The position numbers and the translations under genes are program-made. Under the pieces are notes generated by a model. The model saw only the letters and a program-made list of their open reading frames with translations, had not been told where the DNA came from and made no database searches. From positions 42,532,001 to 42,596,000 of the forward strand of contig NC_043010.1 in assembly GCF_006345805.1 (NCBI RefSeq): DNA of 64,000 bases. Direction: 5' to 3'. Within the stretch, counting starts at the first letter, position 1. The number at the start of each line of letters is the position of its first letter. Shown here piece after piece: positions 1-12,330 of the stretch. This DNA is from Octopus sinensis (taxonomy: Eukaryota).

Positions 1-875
1 TAAATTATATATAATGATGGATATCCCTTATATGTGTTTCTGCCAATGCTTACATTGGTATGCATGCTCTATAACCGTGTTTACAAGGGGATGTTTAGAA
101 AAAAGAATAAAAAATAATTCAGAATTACAGAGTAGACAGAATTCCTTGCCTTTATCATAAGGGATCGAAATTGAGAGAACTAAATTAAATTGTTTATTGT
201 GGTCTTTTAGATACTAAATTAATTTACTAAGCCCTGTTCCTGTTCTTGGATTGCAAATGTATAGCCTTTAAAATATGATGCGATGTAGCAGTTACAAGTT
301 CAAGATAGGCTGTACTTCATGTTGACATTATTGTCTTCTTCAAGTCTTCAGGAAACATATCCATGCATAGTCTGTTTTGGGGATGCTAAACATTTCACAT
401 CCAGGTCTTCTTAGAGGTATGTTAGTCTGGTTGTTTTGAAGTTGTATGGGAGGTCATAAGGAAGAGAATGTTTCCTGAGTTTCTTATTGCCCACATGTAA
501 GATATTGTTCTCTTCACTTTTCAGTGCTAAGTTAATGTAAGAGACTATATGACATTCAAAGGCTGTCTACACTGGTCAAAAGCCTCTACCTCCTTTATCT
601 CTTCTTAGGTAGAGACTGCAATATCACTATTCCTGTGGAGATTGCCTACTGGTGCCAGTACCTTGCAGGTTTTAACGTCTATGGAGAGGATTTCCTCTCC
701 AAACCAATCATATATCCCAAATGCACTGGTACTGCAAATGCATTGTAAGATATTGTCTTATTGTAGGAGGAGAGTTCCAGCTGCCATATTTTTCTCAGTC
801 CCTATCTTTATTCACAGTACTTATGTATGTATGTATGTATGTATGTATGTATGTATGTATGTATGTATGTATGTA

Positions 876-1178
876 GTCATAAAACAAGACAGATGAGTGA
901 CAACCTGGCCACTGGTGGTGGTGTAACACACCATACTAATCATATCTGTCGGGCATGTGGAAGAGAGTGTAATTCGGCAGGAGGACTTAAACGACATGCA
1001 AAGGTACATGAAGCCCAGTTACAACTACAGCTGGCTATTACCAGTAAAGGTTTTAGTTGCCAATTTTGTACAAGACATTGTAGATCTTTAGCTGGGCTAA
1101 AAAGTCACATTCAATCACAGCACCAGTAACAGTTAAGCTTCGTGCAATCGCCATACTCGATAACGAGGGGCAGCCATA
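876..1178 (+). mobile_element. 5'-truncated RTE-like LINE 3' end with two C2H2-type zinc fingers
   Basis: ORF CRACGRECNSAGGLKRHAKVH...CQFCTRHCRSLAGLKSHIQSQH, stop at 1129; short 3' UTR with a ctcg-ataa-cgag hairpin; followed by a (TATG)n tail. Confidence 0.65.
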
Positions 1179-2221
1179 ATGTATGTATGTATGTATGTAT
1201 GTATGTATGTATGTATGTATTATGTATGTATGTATGTATGTATGTATGTATGTATGTATGTATGTATGTGAGCACGGTGTTCTTTTAAAAGCTCTTACTC
1301 TGATCATGAGATTCTAACTTTAGTTTCCATCCCCACATCTAATATAGATTGCCATAAATAATAACGATATAACAGTATCTAAATATTCAGTTTCTGAAAT
1401 TCTCTTTGAAATTATTTTTGCTATAAAATAGTTGGAAAACAAATAAATTATGGGACATTTTTTTTATTAATAGCTAGTTTGCAGGACATTTTCAGAAGTT
1501 TGTGCGGTGTGTAAACAGTGATTGTGGGGTGCATCAGTTACTCTGTCTAGGAAAGTATTTCAATGTTTGTTTCACCCATATTTATGCATAATTTTATTTC
1601 TTTTTAATAAATGTTTATAGCTTCAATACTAAATTTATGGCAATTGTGTATTGGCTATGAAATTATATGTTCATAGATATTTGAATAATTTCGATATTTT
1701 TTACCTAATTTAGCACAACCATCAATAAAGGCACTTGATTAAAAGCCATATTTGAAATCGCCAATAGCAAAGGTGTTTTTTGATATTGCCTTATGTTTAA
1801 AATCATAAATCTTTGTTAATCTATAAATTTGTAATATGCTAATATTGAAAGTTGATGAAAGTTTAATCGGCCAGATTTTATTTTAGATAATAGCAAAATG
1901 TTTGAAATACTGGCTGCAGATCATATAATCAAAATTTAGCAATTTGATAAATAATAATCAGGAAATAACAGCTGAAATAGTTCAATTCAAGTTTTGCCTT
2001 TTGCATTAAAATTTCAAGATATGACCATTTTAATTTCTGTTTTTTTTTGTTTTGTTTTGTTTGTTTTTTTTGGGGGGTGGGGGTGCTACATTCACATCCC
2101 TTTAATATATTAATTCTTCAGTTTGGTGGCTATTTCTAGCAAGATGGAGATGGACGACTCTTTGGACCTTCTTCATTGGCTCATTTTTTTTTTAAGTAAA
2201 TTTTTTTTTAAAGTAAATATA

Positions 2222-2391
2222 GGTGCAGGAGTGGCTGTGTGGTAAGTAGCTTGCTTACCAACCACATGGTTCCAGGTTCAGTCCCACTGCGTGGCACCTT
2301 GACAAGTGTCTTCTACTATAGCCTCGGGCCGACCAAAGCCTTGTGAGTGGATTTGGTAGACGGAAACTGAAAGAAGCCTGTCGTATATATC

Positions 2392-2445
<54 letters not shown>

Positions 2446-2638
2446 TCCCCCCAACATCGCTTGACAACCGATGCTGGTGTGTTTCCATCCCCGTAACTTA
2501 GCAATTTGGCAAAAGAGACCGATAGAATAAGTACTAGGCTTACAAAGAATAAGTTCTGGGGTCAATGTGCTCGACTAAAGGCGGTGCTCCAGCATGGCCA
2601 CAGTCAAATGACTGAAACAAGTAATAGAGTAAAGAGTA
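2222..2638 (+). mobile_element. tRNA-derived SINE family B (CORE-like central domain), near full length
   Basis: A box tggctgtgtggt, B box ggttcagtccc, gcaccttgacaagtgtcttctactatagc core, internal (TA)/(TG) tract. Near-identical copy at 28874-29272; fragments near 16860-17050, 17560-17700, 37000-37150, 37740-37860, 46790-47128, 54780-54900 and 63690-63890. Confidence 0.8.
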
Positions 2639-3512
2639 TAGTTAGAAGGGAAAGGCATCTTACAACTCTTTTAAAATAGTTACTGATATTTTAATGTTAT
2701 TATGCATTCTTTTTGATAACTATCAACTATGTTAAATATTTACTTTTACACTGAGCTTTGAAAGATAGTTTTCATAAGTTTGTTTGATTTTTATAAATTC
2801 TTCACTTTTTGTTGTCTTCTTTCTGTGAGTGAAGAACCAAATTTTCATATTTATATTTGCTGTTCATTATACTATTGTTTGATCATAATATTCATAAATG
2901 CATATTGAAGACCAAACCACATTTACAAAGGACAATTTAGTTACAATTTTTAATGTCAATTCAAACTGAACACCAAGATTAAAGAATCAACAGCTTTATG
3001 TCAAAAATACAAACCAGAAAACATTGAATAGTTCAAAATATGTACATAAACATCTTAATCAACCTTGGTTGAGCAAACCTGTGATGAAAGGCATTCTTGT
3101 CCCTTTGCAGTATTGTTATATAATGTTTTCAATCATACCTCCAACACTTTCATTATTAAAGGAATTTTGATTAATATCTCTCAAAATTCTCTGAAAGCTG
3201 TTTCGAATTAATAAATGTCTCAGATTTCTTTGAAGTTTATGGTGGCTGCAAATAAGGAATATCTACTTTCATCCTTATTCTTAAATCTTTCTTGACAACT
3301 CCTTTTTTTATAATTCTCCTTTAAGTTGATTGTCAATTATTTTGAAATAAATAAGGAATGATTAGCTTTAAACTCATGTATGACTTGTTTGCTCACATAT
3401 TATTGCTTTTTGTCTGCTTCGATTAGTTTTTTTTTTCTTTTGTTAGATGATTTATTAGTACTAATAGGAAAATTTGAGTACATTAATTTTTCCTTTCATC
3501 TATTGGCATATA

Positions 3513-3563
<51 letters not shown>

Positions 3564-3657
3564 TCTCATGAACTCTTATTCCACAATTCTAATTCTCTTA
3601 TACACTTATGTTTGGAAGACAAGTAACACAAATAGTTGTCCATTTAAATGATATCTT

Positions 3658-3970
3658 AAGTGGTTAGAGCGTCAAGCTTACGATCGTGAGGTTGTGAGCT
3701 CAAATCCCGGACCGGGCTGCATGTTGTGTTCTTGAGCAAGACACTTTATTTCACGTTGTTCCAGTTCACTCAGCTGTAGAAATAAGTTGTGATGTCACTG
3801 GTGCCAAGCTGTATTGGCCTTTGCCTTTGCCTTGGATAACACTGGTGGCATGGAGAGGGGAGACTGGTATGCATGGTGACTGCTGGTCTTCCATAAACAG
3901 CCTTGCCCGGACTTGTGCTTGGGAGGGTAACTTTCTAGGTGCAATCCCATGATTTGTGTTGTGATAAGTG
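3658..3970 (+). mobile_element. tRNA-derived SINE family D
   Basis: tRNA-like head tggttagagcg...ctcaaatcccggacc followed by ttgtgttcttgagcaagacacttt; related copies at ~28440-28790 and ~33715-33900. Confidence 0.65.
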
Positions 3971-4156
3971 ATATCTAAACTGATTTTCACTAGTTACAAC
4001 CATATTGGCCTCAGCTCACCACAAAGTTTACTAATTGACTTTTCAATGAGGTCTAGTTACTCCAGTTGTTCTTTTTCAATAAGGGAAATTTTCTTCCCTT
4101 TTGTACATCATTCATAATCTGCCATTTATGAATTATTGTTTCTCTTCAGGTTAAAC

Positions 4157-4692
4157 TAGGAGTCACCAAACTTTTGTCATGGCAAGACAGATAACTGAGA
4201 GAATGATGAGCTCAGGCCACATAACCATTTTGTTCAATACAATACAGTCAACACATAAAAATAAAGATGACCAACATATTTACCAAAAAGTTGTCAAAGA
4301 AGGTGATGTTGGCAATAAGATAGTTATACCACACCCAGTGCATTCATATCGAATCTCACAAACTAAATAGCAAAAAAGATTAGTGAGATTTGTGAAATTG
4401 ATGTCTAGCTTTTAAGATATCATCAGTATTTATTTTGGAATTGCTGCATCAAACCAAGAGAATAACATTCAAATGTTCATCAGTTAGCCTCGTTCAATGT
4501 GCTGACTCCACATACTTCAGTTTTGAAAATGTTTGCTCACAGTCATAAGTTGCTCCAAACACTGATGCCATACCAGAGATGAATAAACTCTCATTGTAGG
4601 TACTTATACAAAAGGTACAGTGAAGCAACAGGCCAGATGAACTGACCTTGCAGGCCAGAGCTGGCCTGCGAGCTGTAGTTTGCTGACCTCTG
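4157..4692 (-). mobile_element. hAT deletion derivative retaining the transposase C-terminal dimerisation motif
   Basis: TIRs taggagtcaccaaact / agtttgctgacctctg; 8-bp TSD ggttaaac / tgttaaac (7/8). Minus strand encodes ASVFGATYDCEQTFSKLKYV...RLTDEHL, matching the hAT FGSTYxCEQxFS...RLTDEHL motif. Confidence 0.8.
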
Positions 4693-6132
4693 TGTTAAAC
4701 ATTTGTTTTTGATATTCTATAATTGTAATATTTAAGTATCATTCTTTTATTGTCTTTAGAACATTAGTGCATGGGATTTTATACTTGCAGACGTTAAGTT
4801 TTTCCCTTTCTTATGTAGGTGTAATTCTCATGAGCTGCCTTGAATCTGTTCAACCATACTATTGCAATTAAACAGAGGTACACTAATATGCAGTCAATAT
4901 TTATCTCTTCTGACTGGAAACATATGCCAGATATTTTGATGAGTATTTATGTTTTAGGAATAATTTCCTCGTGTGATATGCCTATTGTTTATAAGCAGCA
5001 TTATTAGCAGTAGATAGTTTTAGTGTAATGTGCATGTGTGATGTCTTTCTTGATGTAAATTTGAAATGAAGCCAGTGACTAAGAACTTTGATACACGAAC
5101 ATATCCTTTGTTTAGTATCACAATGAGCACTAGTCATTATTTTCATTGTTGATCAAGAAGACCTATGATGAAAAGGTATTCGACTGTGACCATTCCAGAG
5201 GGTGTGCTTTGAGAGAGAGATTTTGCAACTATTTCTTATAGATTGATTAATCCGATTCAGTGTCCATCGTTGACTCTTCCTGAATACCATTACATACACA
5301 CACTCATTGATGAGCTTTTGTTTTACAGGAAATGTGAAGTTAACACACCAAAAAGTTTCCATTTGGTTTTGTCTCCTAAATGGTATGATTATATAGTTTT
5401 AGGATTGTCTATTAAAAGATAGGGATGAAAGATAGTGGGATGATTTTTTGATGCGGAAATAACACAAGTGTAGCGTGAAACTCTCCCAGTAGAAAAAAAT
5501 AGTAATTCAAAAGGCTATTGGGAAAAACCAAAATACAATCAATAGCTTTATCAATTAGAGTTCAAATTTCAGTTTTCTATTTTCTTAGATTTTTTTTTCC
5601 GTTTATTTTGTTTGTTTTTTGCTTCATTTAATTTTTAAAACATTTTAAGTTCAGTCTTCCAGATGATCCAAATTTTTAAAAGCTTACAGATTTACTATTT
5701 TATTAAGTCAAATCTGTTTTAATCATTTATGCTAATTTGGATTGTCATTTAAATTTATATCAACTAAATTTATCAGTTAGCATCAACTATATGATTTAGC
5801 CCAAATATTTTATCAAATAATGTCACTAATATTTTAAGTATAACAAAGTCAAATGAAATTCCCAGTTAAGATTCTTTATGAATTCAGTTCTGTCTTATGT
5901 GTTTGTGTCTACTCTTATACAACCCACTTTATATTAGTCACACATTTATATATCATATTTATACATCATTGCTTACAGGTTTCTAGAAAGCCAGTCACTG
6001 ATTTTCTGCATTTAAAGCAGTAAGAGTTGTGAGGGAGTATCTATGCAACACAGCAAAACAAATATCACAAGCTATCTTTCTTCAAACACAGTTTATCTAT
6101 TTTGTTTATTGAGTTATACTTTAAGATATATA

Positions 6133-7014
6133 CAGGGTGCAATGCGTAAATTGTCCACATTTTATACTTTTCATTTTGTGCATGTGCATTGTTTGTTTTT
6201 GGTTTTGTCAGCTACACAGTATAGTAGGGGCAGTTGGGTACTGTCTGTGAGAAAAACAGCACCATGAGGCAATTCACTCTGCCAGAAATTTGGAGACGAC
6301 ATGCTGTACTGCTTGGCATTGGTGCTGGAAACTCCAACACAAACATGAGGTGAACACACAGAGCAACCATTGGCTTACCATGTCCCAAAAACATGTACAG
6401 AGAATGATAAAAATCAAACATCTGGTCAACATCATGGTGTTTGGAGTGATCACTAGTGATGGCGACGTTATGCATCCACTCATCTTCCCACACAGCCTCA
6501 GACTCAACATGGAGGCCTACATCAAGTGCCTGGAGGAGGTAGTGCTGCCCTGAGTCAAGTGGGTGTCTGCTGGAAGATCCTATCTCCGGCAACAGGAATG
6601 TGCACAATGCCACACAAGCAGGAGAACCCAGTCATGGCTGTCAGACATTTTCTGTGACTACATTACCCTAACATCTGGCCACCTAACTCCCCAGACTGCA
6701 ACCCCCTTCATTACTATGTGTGGGTTGAGTATGAGACCAACAAAACTCCTTGTAACACCAAAGATGAACTGAAAGCAAGGATTATGGCAGCATTCACCAA
6801 CATAAACAAGGAGACTGTCCAGAAGAGTTGCAGGAGATTCCAAAGTCATCTGAAGGCCATGGTTACAGCCAATGCTGATTTTATTGAAGAAATTTACTCC
6901 TTGGTATTTCAAGATATTTTTATGTAATTTTGGTAAATACATCTGTTAAGATGAGATGTCAGTGCTATTTTCATTTTTGCATAATTTAAACAACAAAATA
7001 TTCACTCCACCCTG
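6133..7014 (+). mobile_element. Decayed, internally deleted maT-like (DD37D spacing) Tc1/mariner-superfamily transposon
   Basis: TA-flanked cagggtg...caccctg ends. Frameshifted transposase VMVFGVITSDG...QQ(E)CAQCHTSRRTQSWLS...NIWPPNSPDCNPL(H)YYVW; about 37 residues between the positions of the second and third catalytic Asp, both mutated. Confidence 0.8.
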
Positions 7015-8390
7015 TATGTATATGTGAGTGTGTGTATATATATATATATACAGAATACAGAGAGAGACGGGGGGAACATGTGTATATATATATATATGGA
7101 TGGATGGACAAACGAACAGACAGACTGCCAGATGAATGGACAAACAGACAGACAGATGGACAGATGGATGGCTAATCAAAACAAAAGAAAATGCTTTGAG
7201 AACATTTTTATTCTATTACATCCACACCCATCACTATTTCTATCACTACAATAGTGATGGAAATTGGAAGGCTGTGGATGTAATGGCTCTTTCAATACTA
7301 AGAAAAAAATGGAAATATTTTCTTCCTTTTTTTTATGAAAAAGTTCTCAAAACATTTTCTCCATTAGTTTTTAACATAAATTTACTTGCATGAAACATCT
7401 TAACCTTTTCAATGTAATAAACATAATATAGACAGACAGACAGACAAGTAGGCAGGCAGGCAGACATATGTGCGTGCGCACACACATACACACACACACA
7501 CACACAGAGTTATGCATATTTTTTACCCACCAGATTTGTCTCACAAACCATTAATCAGCCTAGTGCTATGGCCACTTGCTCAAGTGTCATGGAATGTGAT
7601 TGAACTGGAACCATGTGTTTGGAAGGTGAACTACAAAGCCATATCTACCCCATTCTTGTAATTAATATACATACAGATACATAACCAACAGATATAACAC
7701 AAACTATAGAGTTGTGGATGAAACCATTTGCAAGATTTTTTTTCAGAGATATATACCAATTTTAATGAAAAATTTCTCTTAACATTAATTTTGTGTCTGT
7801 TTTGTGTGTGTGTGTGTGTGTGTGTGTGTTTGTATGTGTACCAGAAGATTGATGGGTTGGCAAAATTATTACAGAGTCAGAAGAAATGCATTGCAATATA
7901 TATTCTAGCTAAGGCAGTGAGGTGGTAGAAACGTTAGCACACTGAGCAAAATGTTTACCGGTATTTCGTCTGTCTTTACATTCTAAGTTCAAATTCTACA
8001 GAGGTCCACTTTGCCTTTCATTCTTTCAGAGTCGATAAATTAAGTACCAGTTGCGTACTGGTCTCCTCCCCAAAATTTCTCTGTATATATATATATATAC
8101 TGGGTGTGTACTGGACTTCTCCCAAAAATTCCGGGCCTTGTGCCAAGTGTAGAAAAGAATATATGTTCTAGCTCTTTATTTCAAATCATGTTGAGGTCAG
8201 ATTTGCCTTTCATCTTTCCAGGTTTGATAAAGTAAGTGTAATTAACTGACTTCATGCCACTAAAAACTGTTGGCTTTTTGTCTAAATTGCAACTTGTTCA
8301 TTGCGTGTGTGTGTGTGTGTGTGTGTTAATACAAATGTACATGAAATTGCAGTGGTACCTACTGCTCACAGTCTTATGTTTGCATTGCAG

Positions 8391-8601
8391 ATGTCAGAAC
8401 GTCCATTCAGCAGGTCAGAGTCACGAACTACAGACTCAGATGATGATGACCTCATGGAAGACTATGATGTTACCATCTTCAATCCCCAATGTGTCAGAAA
8501 CCGCAGTGCCCTGGAAAAATTTCTTGCAGTAATACTGGTGCTTTTCTTGGTTGTGATTATTGCTCTTGCTGTTGCACTGGTTCGGTCAAAAGAGCCACCT
8601 G
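8391..8601 (+). CDS. M13 peptidase (neprilysin/ECE-like), first coding exon seen: cytoplasmic tail plus signal-anchor TM helix
   Basis: Acceptor ttgcattgcag|ATG; reads MSERPFSRSESRTTDSDDDDLMEDYDVTIFNPQCVRNRSALEKFLAVILVLFLVVIIALAVALVRSKEPP-G; donor G|GTAAG; 211 bp, ends in phase 1. Type II membrane topology typical of M13 enzymes. Confidence 0.88.
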
Positions 8602-8939
8602 GTAAGCCATCAAATATTTTACTAAACTTGTTCTATGATGTCACCTGTATTTCAATTAATCAGGCATTCTTTAATCTTTTACCTTTTACTTGTTTCAGTC
8701 ATTAAACTATGGCCATGCTGGGGCACCACTTTGAAGAATTTTTAGTTGAAGGAAAAGTTGTAGTTAGAAAGATGAAGGGTGGTGTCTTGAGGGTGAAGTT
8801 AGAGAAAAAAGGGCCTAGTTGTGTGTGTGTGTGTGTGTGTGTGCACGCGCGCGAGAGTGTGTGTGTGTGTGTGTGTATATGTGTGTGCGTGCATGTGTGT
8901 GTGTGTGTGTGCATGCATGTGTGTGTGTGTGTTTGTGTG

Positions 8940-9008
<69 letters not shown>

Positions 9009-9846
9009 ACAGTGCTTCAAGAACTTAGTTTCATTGAGTTGGGTGTGTCTTTTTTGAGAACTGCTCATTGCCAGTCATCCTGTCACTTGTCATCTCCTCA
9101 TTGAAGTTTAAGATCCTGAGGTTAGCCTTCGCTACTTTGTCTTTCTGAGTCTCTCACTTCTGCAAGCTAGCTTCATCTACATAATGTAAGTGGCACATCG
9201 CTGTCCTCATTTATAAGCATTGCATGTCCACACTAGCATAGGCTTCTTTCTTGCACACTATATCTGATTTTTTTTATGATCACCTTCTCTTTCAGCATGT
9301 TTATGCTGTGTTATTCATGCACACTTACAATTCTCATCTTTCTGAAATGCATTGTTTGGATTTAGGTGTGAAGGTCATGGTTAGAACACCTTTGAGCATA
9401 AGTCATAAGTCAGTCAGAGCTGACCTGAAATGAAACAGCAAAGCACAAGAGCTTATGTCTTCAATCACAATTTAATCATTAAAAATGATTTTTCGTTTAT
9501 ATCTGACCACAATGATTTTGGATTGAAAAATTTGAGCAGAACATTTTGATGTATCAGAGGCTGTTGAATCTGTCAACTGGTATCATTTAGGATTATTTCA
9601 CAGTCAACTTCCTACTATTCATTCAAACATCTCATGTGCTGAAATATTCAATCCCACTATGGTATTGTTTTGACATATGATAACAAGTCTGCAACTGGGA
9701 TATCCTTCACTAGTAAGAGGATCATTTTGTGATTACACCCAGAGTAACATTTACACTAGCCATGGAAGCATATTGTTGAGGTTATACTTGGATACAAATA
9801 CTCAAAGTTTAGGGTTGATTTCAACTCATCTTTCATACCTCTAGAT

Positions 9847-10065
9847 CAGTGCTTTTCAAACTTTTTGCTGGAGCGGAACCCCAAGGAAACATTCCACTGG
9901 CTCGGGGAACCCCTGTGCAATAATTTAATAGTCTTATGCACACATATCTGCACAGGAAAATTTTAAATTACTGCCGATTTTAGCAGTTTTGTAACTTCTT
10001 GTGGAACCCCTGGACTGTACTGGCGGAACCCTAAGGTTCTGCAGAACCCTGATTGAAAACCACTG
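9847..10065. mobile_element. hAT (Charlie-type) MITE
   Basis: TIRs cagtgcttttcaa / ttgaaaaccactg; perfect 8-bp TSD ctctagat at 9839-9846 and 10066-10073. Confidence 0.88.
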
Positions 10066-10373
10066 CTCTAGATATACAGGTAGAGCATCTTACTTAAGTT
10101 TTGGGATCCCATTTTCTGTCAGCTTCATTTTGAACAGCAACATGCTGCTGTCTTGAATAAAGGTGTCAATGCTGTGAAAGAGAAGGTTTTCTTGCAAAGT
10201 TTTCTACAGCTATAGAAATATTGGTTTAAGGCAGAAGATACCTCTACTTCAATTCTCCTAAATATTTCACTATGCTCAAAACTCCACAAAATTCAGTATT
10301 CTTGATCATATCTCAGATATGTAAGTGAACTAAATCAAAGGCTTAATTTATTCAAATAGTTAATCCTTCTTAA

Positions 10374-10589
10374 CCCTTTTATTATTCTGTTGAGATGCTC
10401 TGTGTTTCTTTCAATTAATTTTAAATATAACAAAGAATTTAATAAAATAACTTAGTTATCATTAAGCTAGTATTAGGAATATAAATTGTGACTAAGGTTT
10501 GGTGGAAGATTTTAATTCAGAACTTTTGAAAACAGTACATTTGTACTACAGAACCAGGGGCGGTTTCAGGCAGGTTGGTATCAAAAGGG
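10374..10589. mobile_element. piggyBac-like MITE
   Basis: TTAA flanks; termini ccctttt / aaaaggg. Confidence 0.6.
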
Positions 10590-12120
10590 TTAAAGGAAGT
10601 TAAGACTTTTCTATGCTGTATAGTTAGTTCACTTTAGCTGGGCCATGCTTAATATTACAATCTCTTATTGAAAGACCAAAACAAGTTTTCCTTTTTTCCT
10701 ATCCATTATATTTTGTATAAAGTATGACCTCTGTAGATTAATTGAGTTCTATCTTTATAGCTTGCGATAATGACTCAGAACTTTTACACTTCATGAGAGG
10801 TCTCAGAACTCTGTTAATTTATCTAGAATATATCAGTGTTGAGTTCAAAAAAGAAGCCAATTATATTTGTATGATCTGAGGAAAACTGTTCTTGTTCAGG
10901 ATATTCTGCAGAGTAAAAATATATGGTACAATCACTTTAGATTTGTTTATATCCTTTAGGTCTACATACTAATGGATTTTGCTATCTTTTTTAAGTATGT
11001 GACTCCATACATACAGCTTGAAATAGTTAGTTATCTACTTCATTTCATATTGTTGAAGCATTTTTTTCTATGAGGGATGATTCCATACTAATAGTGTGCA
11101 TCTTAAGGAAAATAATTCAGTAGAGCCCACTGTTATGTGGCAGATTATATTGAAGCATCTGATATTCATGAACACATTTTGATATTCTGTAAGAATCATC
11201 CATCTTATGTAGATAAGTGTGGCTGATAGGAATTTCGGTTGTGGTAGTTTGTTTTCTCCAACTGTCAGTGAGTTGTCACTAAATCCAGAACATTGAATTC
11301 AATGCATATCTAATTTGCTCAAAAATTCCACCTTCATATTAACACACATGCCTTTTTCCAATTTCAAAATAGTGTTTTCATGGAAGAGAAATCATATAAG
11401 GGTCTGTCACTTAATAATTCTGAAATATTCAATTTTGCTAAGACAATGAAGAGATTTGCTATCCAGGTGGCAGGCACTATGAACAACAAAACTTCCATAT
11501 AAAAACAGAATAGCAATAGCAACAATAATAATTAAATGAATATGATTTGACGAAATAATAAGTGCCTATGTTCACAAATATATTCTTTAACATAAACTAA
11601 GTTTTCAAACAAATGCATCCTTATTTTCTACCGCCAAGATATGCCTGTCTGTGCAAGCTTTTCACCCCTTTTCTTTTTTGTTTCTTGATGTTCACGTTAC
11701 TCTATGTTTGTGTTCCACTACTTCTGACATCTTTTTTAAGCATTATTGTATGAAAGACAATCAAGAAACACTGCCCATACAGTCAAGAAATTCACCATAC
11801 ATCTTTATGATGTGTGGTGGATTCCTTACAGCTGAACACTTTAACATTTTTTTTTTTTTTTGACTAAAGAAGATATGGATGTTTGCGTGTCCAAAATATT
11901 CTCTCATTTTCTTTTGCATTATTTTTTTCCTACTTTTTTTCTGAAAATCAAATTTTATCTGGCAAATGACATTGTATTGGTTTAGAACATTGGTTTTATG
12001 AGATACCACTAAAGATAGTTTACCAAGTGATTACTTATGCATTAATCTTTATATGACTGTTTATTTCTCTTTATAACACTGAAATGTAAAAATACTTACA
12101 CATATACATATATATTCCAG

Positions 12121-12330
12121 ATGACCCTTACTGTTCGAGCCCAGAATGCATTTCAGCTGCAGGATCAATATTAACTGCAATGGATACTACTGTAGATCCA
12201 TGCCACGATTTTTATCAATACACATGTGGGAATTGGGTGAGAGACAACCCAATACCGGAAAACTATGCCAGTTGGGATCGATTTCAAGAACTTTCAGAAA
12301 AAAATCTATATCGTTTGAAAGGTCTTTTAG
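12121..12330 (+). CDS. M13 peptidase exon 2: N-terminal Cys cluster of the ectodomain
   Basis: tattccag| acceptor and G|GTAAGT donor; 210 bp, phase 1 to 1. Reads (D)DPYCSSPECISAAGSILTAMDTTVDPCHDFYQYTCGNWVRDNPIPENYASWDRFQELSEKNLYRLKGLL, matching the neprilysin/ECE signature C-x4-C...DPCxDFYxYxCGxW. Confidence 0.96.

Noticed and set aside
3658-3730. tRNA-like sequences (also the heads at 2222, 15280, 28874 and 32476)
   Set aside because: They are degenerate tRNA-derived SINE heads continuing into SINE bodies and do not form a complete cloverleaf.
5440-5500. Search for hammerhead ribozyme cores (CUGAUGA...GAAA), also near 39478 and 44896
   Set aside because: No complete core with flanking stems could be assembled by eye.
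8702-9104. ORFs rich in CV/HT, and all similar MYVC/YIHT, poly-V and poly-T ORFs
   Set aside because: They are translations of (GT)n, (TATG)n and triplet microsatellites.
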